Virus record (IMG/VR): IMGVR_UViG_3300027749_002876
Location: 248,001 to 312,000 of that record
Length of the DNA: 64,000 nt
Reading direction: 5' to 3' (one strand)
Shown: positions 57,255-64,000 of the stretch, piece after piece
How the letters are laid out: the number at the start of each line of letters is the position of its first letter
How positions within the stretch are numbered: position 1 is the first letter of the stretch
Translations under genes and position numbers: made by a program
The notes under the pieces: model-generated
Database searches by the model: none
The model's input: the letters and a program-made list of their open reading frames with translations, nothing else
Told to the model about the DNA's origin: nothing

Positions 57255-58201
57255 CCTTCTATTTTTCTAATAACATCCATCTCTTTAACTAACGGACCGA
57301 TGTTATATTTATCAGCTAGATAATGTCGTTTGAAGAACTTGCTTTGTTCTACATCATGCATACACATTGGTAAACCTAACTTATCATGCAATGCTTCACC
57401 TAACAAGTTTGCTTCTTTTTGTGGATCTCTATGTGAGTGTTCTTCCCATAATACAGTATAGTTATCAAACCATTGTACGTTGGCAGGATCCCATTCAGTT
57501 AACATAGTCATGTATGTGCCTAATCGTGCACCATAGATAGCCCACTCACCGTTCTCTACATCACGACCGATGTTGTGCCAAATTGTTAAGTTGTTTAAAT
57601 TACGACTAGCAACAGTTTCTTTAAATTCATCAATCGTAGGTCTTGCACCACGATTTAAACTCATCTTAACACCTTCACGAAAACCTGCACGCCAAGCTTG
57701 AAAGGGTGTATGATTGGGATATGTTGTACTGTAACAATCATACATAGACCAATATAAGTTATCCTTACTATCTAAGCAAAAGTCAGCAATACGTGATACA
57801 TCTCCATCTTTCTGATTCTCATGTGTTTGCATATTCATTACATAAGTCTTTGTCCAACTACTCATGCCACCATTACCATAACGTAGTCCATTGATACTAT
57901 TAGTTGCCTTCCAACGATATTGTGCTAAATGATAACTAGGGTCTTTATTGGTGAAATCAAATTGCATGTTGAAGAACCTTTCTTCAGGCATATTATCACC
58001 GTCAATTAAAATAAAACGTTCAGTGTCACTTGCCATTGCAGCCGCTTTATGCGCGGCATCACTACCTTTTATATTATCTACTCGTTTAGCCCAAGGAACC
58101 ATGTTCTTAATCTTAAGCCAAAATTCTTCTTTCTGCGGCTCGTCATAACTAAGATAGATGCAATCTAAATCGGCTACATCAATGATATCATTCGAGTTCA
58201 T
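57248..58201 (-). CDS. glycosyltransferase-like protein (GT-A)
   Basis: YLSYDEP, AHKAAA, ILIDGD (DxD), NGLRYGNGG, AWRAGFRE. Confidence 0.65.
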   Translation of the reverse strand: MNSNDIIDVADLDCIYLSYDEPQKEEFWLKIKNMVPWAKRVDNIKGSDAAHKAAAMASDTERFILIDGDNMPEERFFNMQFDFTNKDPSYHLAQYRWKATNSINGLRYGNGGMSSWTKTYVMNMQTHENQKDGDVSRIADFCLDSKDNLYWSMYDCYSTTYPNHTPFQAWRAGFREGVKMSLNRGARPTIDEFKETVASRNLNNLTIWHNIGRDVENGEWAIYGARLGTYMTMLTEWDPANVQWFDNYTVLWEEHSHRDPQKEANLLGEALHDKLGLPMCMHDVEQSKFFKRHYLADKYNIGPLVKEMDVIRKIEGW

Positions 58202-58547
58202 ATATGTTTAATTTCCATTTTGTTGTTTTACCGTCATATGAGCTATCAGCTATAATGCTTATATCTTCTGCAATGCAATCTACCCCATCATCACTATTGG
58301 GCATTAACTTATATACAACTGATTTAGGACCAGCTGTTGATAGTCTACCATCAATAACTCTTATGTCTGGTCTTGCGGCAGCAAAAGTTTGTGCATCAAT
58401 TACAATGTAATTGCCAGTCATTGATTTATCACCGGTATAACATACTACCGCCCCGTTTTCATCATAATATAATCTAAATTCGGGTGGTTCCATTTTAGGT
58501 TGTTCCCATATAACTATATATTCTACTTGGGTATTTTCTATGCTCAT
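58188..58547 (-). CDS. hypothetical protein
   Basis: 119 aa, coupled in operon. Confidence 0.65.
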   Translation of the reverse strand: MSIENTQVEYIVIWEQPKMEPPEFRLYYDENGAVVCYTGDKSMTGNYIVIDAQTFAAARPDIRVIDGRLSTAGPKSVVYKLMPNSDDGVDCIAEDISIIADSSYDGKTTKWKLNIYELE

Positions 58548-59299
58548 TTCATACTTTCTAATATTTTATCACTAAAATTCTTTATATGATAGTGAAAAGG
58601 ATATCGTTGTGGGACAGTTTGAATTCTAATATGATCCGGTAAACATTCATATACAAATGTATCAGTCCAATTTTCAGTTGGTGTTTCATTAATATATTGT
58701 TTCATATGCACCATTGACATATCAGTAAACGTTGGCATCATAGTGTTTTCCACACCCATAATATGACAAGCAATAGCGTATGCCCAATCAGTTGTTGCTA
58801 ACTCTTGTGCATTGCATCTTAATGACGATTTGTAATGTACCCAATTTTCAAACACATCTCTTACAATAGCAAAAAATTGTTTTGCAGTATCAGATTTTTT
58901 AAAATATGTAATTGCATTATATGCATCAGGTAAATTATTATCATCTATAAATCTACGATATACTCTATTGTCTGATATGTCTTGTTTGTAATTTCTAATT
59001 ATACTTGATACTACTATGTCTCTATGTGATAACACATCCCACCAATAGTCAATGTTTTTAGGAATGTACATATCTGCTTCTAGTTTAATTGTATACTCGT
59101 ATGGACTAGCATCATATACTTGCCAATCATTTTGTAATTTCCAATTAGTGTCAGGTGCTTGATCACCATATGGCAACATGTCTGTAGTTACTATAGTTAC
59201 ATTAGCATTGGGCATTACTCTTTTAATACTTTTTTCTAACACATTAGCACATTTAACATAGTCATCACCTTGCGCCATAATCACAAAGCCTTTGTTCAT
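58544..59299 (-). CDS. glycosyltransferase-like protein (GT-A)
   Basis: KGFVIMA, YDASPYEYTIKLEADM, TTDWAY. Confidence 0.65.
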   Translation of the reverse strand: MNKGFVIMAQGDDYVKCANVLEKSIKRVMPNANVTIVTTDMLPYGDQAPDTNWKLQNDWQVYDASPYEYTIKLEADMYIPKNIDYWWDVLSHRDIVVSSIIRNYKQDISDNRVYRRFIDDNNLPDAYNAITYFKKSDTAKQFFAIVRDVFENWVHYKSSLRCNAQELATTDWAYAIACHIMGVENTMMPTFTDMSMVHMKQYINETPTENWTDTFVYECLPDHIRIQTVPQRYPFHYHIKNFSDKILESMK

Positions 59300-60096
59300 A
59301 CTAACTCCATAAAGTTTTCTTTATTCATAACGTGGCAGTCCATATCTTTAACAATAATATATTCTTTACGAATTTTTCCTCGTTGCCAATTATCAAACAT
59401 CACCGTATATTCAGTATTAAAACTATCATCACTATTTTTATAAACCATAGTATTCTTGCCTATGTGAACTAAATTCCAAGGAATTAAATCTTCTACTGAA
59501 AGAGTATTGCCATTAGTAATACGTGTTGCAAGAGTGATAGCATAGTCATTGCGATAAGGGGAAGGAATAAATCCATGTAAATTTGCATAATGTTCATAAT
59601 TACGTTGAACCATACCCATTGAGTTAAATATCTGTTCTGCTCGTTTAGTTTTATTAAATCTAATAACTGTGGCCCATAATGTTTTAAATCCATATGGATT
59701 TAACATCTCTATTTGGGGGGTATTATACATTAGGAAATGTGTATCTTCGTGACAACAAAAATCAGTAGGTAACTCAAATGTCTTTAACAGTTTAGTTGAA
59801 TTAACTAAGTAGTCTGTATCTATTAATAATGTTTCATCATATGGAGTTAATTCAAATACCCGATATCTACCCTTATTAATCCATGTTTCTCGATCTCGTT
59901 TGTTACTTGTATCCGCAGTAGCGATAATAGTATTATCAAACACATAATCAATATTTTCAGGTATGGAAGTAGTATCTGTTATAATTGATACCGGTAAGTT
60001 TAAAAAGTGATTAATGCGTTTAGCTGTTGCAACAGCCATATCATAGTAGTTGAATTTAGTAGAGTTAAACGCAAATAGTATTACACCTTTGCTCAT
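59296..60096 (-). CDS. glycosyltransferase-like protein (GT-A)
   Basis: KGVILFA, ELTPYDETLLIDTDYL (DxD), YRNDYA; paralog of neighbour. Confidence 0.7.
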   Translation of the reverse strand: MSKGVILFAFNSTKFNYYDMAVATAKRINHFLNLPVSIITDTTSIPENIDYVFDNTIIATADTSNKRDRETWINKGRYRVFELTPYDETLLIDTDYLVNSTKLLKTFELPTDFCCHEDTHFLMYNTPQIEMLNPYGFKTLWATVIRFNKTKRAEQIFNSMGMVQRNYEHYANLHGFIPSPYRNDYAITLATRITNGNTLSVEDLIPWNLVHIGKNTMVYKNSDDSFNTEYTVMFDNWQRGKIRKEYIIVKDMDCHVMNKENFMELV

Positions 60097-60398
60097 CGTT
60101 TTTTCTCTAGTTCAACCCACTCAGTGTACCATTCTTCCATAGTTGCTTTATAAACTATATTGAGTTTATTCAATAATGATTTTCTGTTTATTTTAACTGG
60201 GTTATTAAAATTATCCACTAGAATAATCTCATCTTCATTAGAAGATGCTAGGAAGTTGATTGTTGATAGATTAGCACTCCATAAGCCATTTTGTTCAGCT
60301 ACGATAAGTTTACTTTCGTATTTGTCCTTTAAATATGCTTTTGCGCTATTATGATTGAAGCGGGCTTTGGCTTCGGTTATTAAAGTCTTGGTATCCAT
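60093..60398 (-). CDS. hypothetical protein
   Basis: 101 aa, AGGAG RBS, CTAAATA at 60414-60420. Confidence 0.7.
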   Translation of the reverse strand: MDTKTLITEAKARFNHNSAKAYLKDKYESKLIVAEQNGLWSANLSTINFLASSNEDEIILVDNFNNPVKINRKSLLNKLNIVYKATMEEWYTEWVELEKKR

Positions 60399-60445
60399 GT
60401 AATCTCCTAAGAGTATTTAGATGGATACAAAGACTTGTGAAAAAA

Positions 60446-61396
60446 TTATGAACCGGTAACTGATCCAGATAAAGTAATTGCACCCCAAGTGTTAGCCAAA
60501 GTATTGGCTTCTGGGGCTACTGCTGTAAGTGTCACCGTAGAACCAGAACCTACTGTTAACCCATCTGGAACTTCATCCCAAACTGTATATAACGTAATAA
60601 CAGAACCAGCATCACCATTAACACCTTGAGTGCCATTTGATTTAGCAACAACACGAATGAATGAGTTAACATACGCTGTGGCACCACCTGCTAATTGCGT
60701 GAATACATCAACATTACTATTGGTCATTGCAAAGTAACCACTGTTGGTACTGATAGTAGGTGCACCACCACCTCCACCGATTTTAGTAATACCATTATAT
60801 GATGTAGATGCAATTGTAATTGTACCTGAAGTTGGTGCGGACATTACAACAGTACCTACATTACTTGCCAAACCATTGAATAGTGTGTTGCCGGCTCCGG
60901 ATGTTGAAGTGTGCGTAGGTACGATTTTTAATTGTCCACCTGCGTTAAAGAAATAACGTGCGGCGTCTCCATTGGCAAAAGTTACAGTCTGCGTGAAAGT
61001 AAGAGCATTAAGCCAGCTACTACCATATGAAACAGCATTAGAACCAGTTGCACCTTGTGTTGCGGCATTCAATCTACTGTTATAAATTGTTGGTAGATTA
61101 GTTGATACAGCAGAAATATAAGTAATAGTTCCACCAGTAACTGGAGCAGATACACTACTAATTGATGTGCCTTGATGTGCGGCTGCGCTTGCTGTTTTGT
61201 TAATAAGATTAGCCCATTTACTTGCAGTAACACTATCACCTACTGCGACAGTTGCTTCAGCAGTTTGACCATAACCCGCAGATGTTCCACCAGTCGACCA
61301 AACAGTGTTTAGTGTACCAGAAGCTGTATTTGGGTTTGTACCTACTAGACCATTATAATCTGCGGCTTGTATTGATCCGTATTGTGCGTAAGTCAT
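60446..61396 (-). CDS. virion structural (tail/baseplate-associated) protein
   Basis: G/S/T-rich, AGYGQT, ARYFFNAGG motif; structural neighbourhood. Confidence 0.65.
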   Translation of the reverse strand: MTYAQYGSIQAADYNGLVGTNPNTASGTLNTVWSTGGTSAGYGQTAEATVAVGDSVTASKWANLINKTASAAAHQGTSISSVSAPVTGGTITYISAVSTNLPTIYNSRLNAATQGATGSNAVSYGSSWLNALTFTQTVTFANGDAARYFFNAGGQLKIVPTHTSTSGAGNTLFNGLASNVGTVVMSAPTSGTITIASTSYNGITKIGGGGGAPTISTNSGYFAMTNSNVDVFTQLAGGATAYVNSFIRVVAKSNGTQGVNGDAGSVITLYTVWDEVPDGLTVGSGSTVTLTAVAPEANTLANTWGAITLSGSVTGS

Positions 61397-61405
61397 TTAT
61401 TGTCC

Positions 61406-62641
61406 TTAATTAATTTTAACGAAGGCTTCTACTGTGCCCACATCATCTGTTGTTTTATTCTCTAATGCACGACCAATTACATTGAATGATGTTGCCTCCC
61501 CTGCCAATGCGGCTCGGGCAATTCCTTTTCCTGCACTTACTAATCGTTCACCTTTTTTAACTTTACCAGTTACTTTAACTTTAACTCGTCCACCGACTGC
61601 AATCGGAGGATGTGTTGCGTCATTACCGGCGGCTGAATTCATTAAGTATGCCGCTGTTGCTGATACAACTCCAAATACGTCTTCTGATAAATCATACTGG
61701 ACTGCGGTAATCTCTTTATCTCCGCCCATTTCAACAACAGTACCAGCATCATAATATGCGTCTGCTTCAAATCTTTCTGCCAAGTCAGCATATGTTGCAT
61801 TCAATCTTGAACCTGAACTTAGTGACCAGTTACCTGTAATAGTACCTGCTGTGATATTTGCACCAGTAGTTAATGTAGTACCATTAAATGTAGCAGTACC
61901 TCCGCCTACAGTACCGTTAAATGTTGGTAGATAATTTGCTACTGTAGCATTAGAATAAGTGCCGCCAAAATTGATTGCGTTACCATTGGCATAATAATAA
62001 TTATCTGTTCTAATACCAATGTTACCGCCACCTGTAATAACTAAATTACCACCTGTAATCCACATACTTGTACCAGCAATCCCATTGGCAGTACCTGCAC
62101 CATTTTGAGTTAGTACACCAGTTAACGTTACTGCGGTTGATTGTGAACCTGCATTAATACTTTGAGTAAACAATGATCCAATATTACCAGTACCAATGTT
62201 GGCAGTTCCTGAACTGATATTAGCAGTAGAACTAACTGAAATATTAGTGAAAACACCGTTTGCACCAGTTACATTATTAACGGCAGTGATATTATTTGCT
62301 GCCAAATTTCCAGTAACTTGAACTGAACCAAAAGTGGTAGTTGAATTTGCTGAACTTACTGCTAGTGAAACCCATGCATTTGCGTTTGATAATCCGTCTG
62401 TTGGGCAAACATACAAAGTATTAGCATTTGTGTTATACCATAATTGACCAGTTAATGGATTTGCAGGTGGCGTAGAATTTGAGAAGTTTTCTAATTGATG
62501 TACGAAATTTGTGTCTAATTGCTGACCATAACCAGCATAGTTTCTTCCTGGAAGACCAACTGATGTACTGGTCGTATTTATGGTTCCGTCAGCGATGGTT
62601 GTCAGTATAGTTCCATCACTTTTTACAATTGTATATGCCAT
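61406..62641 (-). CDS. tail fibre/baseplate wedge-like protein with C-terminal chaperone-like domain
   Basis: GRNYAGYG..NFVHQLENF..PANPLTGQLWY; YADLAERF...GRVKVKV...IGRALE. Confidence 0.7.
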   Translation of the reverse strand: MAYTIVKSDGTILTTIADGTINTTSTSVGLPGRNYAGYGQQLDTNFVHQLENFSNSTPPANPLTGQLWYNTNANTLYVCPTDGLSNANAWVSLAVSSANSTTTFGSVQVTGNLAANNITAVNNVTGANGVFTNISVSSTANISSGTANIGTGNIGSLFTQSINAGSQSTAVTLTGVLTQNGAGTANGIAGTSMWITGGNLVITGGGNIGIRTDNYYYANGNAINFGGTYSNATVANYLPTFNGTVGGGTATFNGTTLTTGANITAGTITGNWSLSSGSRLNATYADLAERFEADAYYDAGTVVEMGGDKEITAVQYDLSEDVFGVVSATAAYLMNSAAGNDATHPPIAVGGRVKVKVTGKVKKGERLVSAGKGIARAALAGEATSFNVIGRALENKTTDDVGTVEAFVKIN

Positions 62642-62674
62642 CTTGAATTACTCCGGGGTTCTATTTTATTTATC

Positions 62675-63295
62675 TTAAATTGTCACTAAGTTTGTTAGTG
62701 CTTGTATTCTAACTGTATAATCTATTTGAATCTGTCTATTTAAACTCTTTTGGACTGGGTGAAAAATAACATGTGTTAACAATCTTGTTACCACATTGCC
62801 GTTAGTATCAGTTCCGTAATTTGCCAATAAACCTAATTCGTCAAAAATATAGCTAGAATCAGTTTGTGTGCTATTATCAAATGCTGCCTGACCTGACGGC
62901 TCGCCGTAGTCTAGTAAACATTGTACTAAAATGTCTGTATACACACGGCCTGTCGTGTGCGATACAGTCATTTTATTTCTTGTAGGGTCTAGATTAAAAA
63001 CACTGGTATCATCTACGATTTTAGCGTAGGTTTGATTGTATAGTGCCGCATTCTGCCCTGTTGTATTTGGGGGTAGATAAGTGATAACTCCGGTTTCGTC
63101 AACTGACGCACCACCGTTACCAAATGCCATTTGATAGATTTCTCCGTAACCACGACTGCTTAATGTGTCAGCAATCGCTTCTGACATATTTTCGTAGTTA
63201 ATAGCATTATGCTTATCAACAAAAACTTCGCCGTTGTTAGGGTCATATACCTTTAAAAAACCCTCTACTTTATATGATAGTGTTATTACTGACAT
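62675..63295 (-). CDS. baseplate-associated structural protein
   Basis: NAINYENMS, MAFGNGG, FDELGL, THVIFHPVQKSLNR. Confidence 0.6.
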   Translation of the reverse strand: MSVITLSYKVEGFLKVYDPNNGEVFVDKHNAINYENMSEAIADTLSSRGYGEIYQMAFGNGGASVDETGVITYLPPNTTGQNAALYNQTYAKIVDDTSVFNLDPTRNKMTVSHTTGRVYTDILVQCLLDYGEPSGQAAFDNSTQTDSSYIFDELGLLANYGTDTNGNVVTRLLTHVIFHPVQKSLNRQIQIDYTVRIQALTNLVTI

Positions 63296-63450
63296 TAGTT
63301 ATCACCCCGTGTTTGAACCAATACTTCTTCAGTATTTGGATCTGTAATTTTTAGAAAAGATGAGAAATAAAACCCTCCGGACTCATTAGGTTTAACTTCT
63401 GCTCTAACCTCAGTTTGAGCATTTTCTGTATTTTCTTGTTTATTATTCAT
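63295..63450 (-). CDS. small protein (51 aa) resembling the N-terminus of the downstream gene
   Basis: Below ORF-track cutoff; ...SSFLKITDPNTEEVLVQTRGDN; TAATG overlap; GATAAATA 5 nt upstream. Confidence 0.65.
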   Translation of the reverse strand: MNNKQENTENAQTEVRAEVKPNESGGFYFSSFLKITDPNTEEVLVQTRGDN

Positions 63451-63465
63451 TTACTTATTTATCTT

Positions 63466-64000
63466 TCAGGGAACATCGGCATTTAAGAAATTAGCAGGAT
63501 ATGTTGTGCTAATCTGTAAAGGATCACCGTCTACTAGGTTATAGTTGAACGAATTCCAACTAAATCCGTTATAAACATCAGGTAACACATTTGACGATAA
63601 TATCCCGTAAACTGTCGTAAATTTAGGAATATATGTTAGTTTTCCGGTACCATTTGCACCACGTTGCAATCCAGATAAAGTATTCTCATCAAAATTGACA
63701 GTGGTGTAACGTATTTGCTCACCGTTAATATAAATTAAATTACCCAATATTACTGTTACAGTTAAATTATTCCCTACAATAATTGAAGGACTAGTTGGAT
63801 CTATATCTATTACTAATACTGGAGCTGTATTCTCTATTACAATACGATATTCTGCAGGATCAACTAACAAACTTGAGGTATTATTATATACAATAACTTC
63901 TGAAATTGTATTCTTATCACCATTGAGTCCTATACTCATTGTATCATCAACTACTACAGGAGCAGTTTCATTTTGTACAATAGACGCTGTAACTCTGGAT
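63466..64000 (-). CDS. C-terminal part of a large structural (baseplate-like) protein, partial
   Basis: frame stays open to the window end; IYINGEQIRY...LSGLQRGANGT. Confidence 0.65.
   Translation of the reverse strand, partial: SRVTASIVQNETAPVVVDDTMSIGLNGDKNTISEVIVYNNTSSLLVDPAEYRIVIENTAPVLVIDIDPTSPSIIVGNNLTVTVILGNLIYINGEQIRYTTVNFDENTLSGLQRGANGTGKLTYIPKFTTVYGILSSNVLPDVYNGFSWNSFNYNLVDGDPLQISTTYPANFLNADVP

Noticed and set aside
141-61754. Numerous short opposite-strand or alternate-frame ORFs in the track (e.g. 141-368, 3056-3286, 13092-13460, 19593-20069, 34623-35126, 38440-38886, 61434-61754)
   Set aside because: Shadows of longer, motif-bearing genes; no independent RBS, promoter or motif support

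Overview
A 64-kb segment of a large, AT-rich, T4-like tailed phage (myovirus-type), almost entirely encoded on the minus strand. A betaproteobacterial-type host is inferred from the porin and tmRNA tag and is not proven. Left arm (1-21.7 kb): early genes under repeated consensus sigma70 promoters, uvsY/uvsX/gp32-like recombination genes, probable internal head proteins, large terminase, spanin pair, sugar aminotransferase and epimerase, thyA and an AAA+/VWA-metallopeptidase pair. Middle (21.7-40.5 kb): an accessory island with six paralogous six-repeat Kelch-like propeller genes with hypervariable loops and one FN3/Gly-rich gene, all sharing one N-terminal peptide. They are interleaved with a porin, an S-layer-like gene, a four-gene operon (substrate-binding protein, DAACS transporter, T4-holin-like protein, Asp/Glu racemase) and secreted low-complexity proteins. 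At 40.5-40.9 kb lies a circularly permuted (two-piece) tmRNA whose intervening segment is filled by an RBS-led 26-aa membrane-peptide ORF. Right arm (40.9-60.4 kb): a 1447-aa repeat/glycosyltransferase-like protein and a cluster of eight radical SAM enzymes plus a sulfotransferase, a 2OG-oxygenase-like protein and glycosyltransferases, followed by tail/baseplate genes. All family assignments come from motif recognition by eye; no searches were run.
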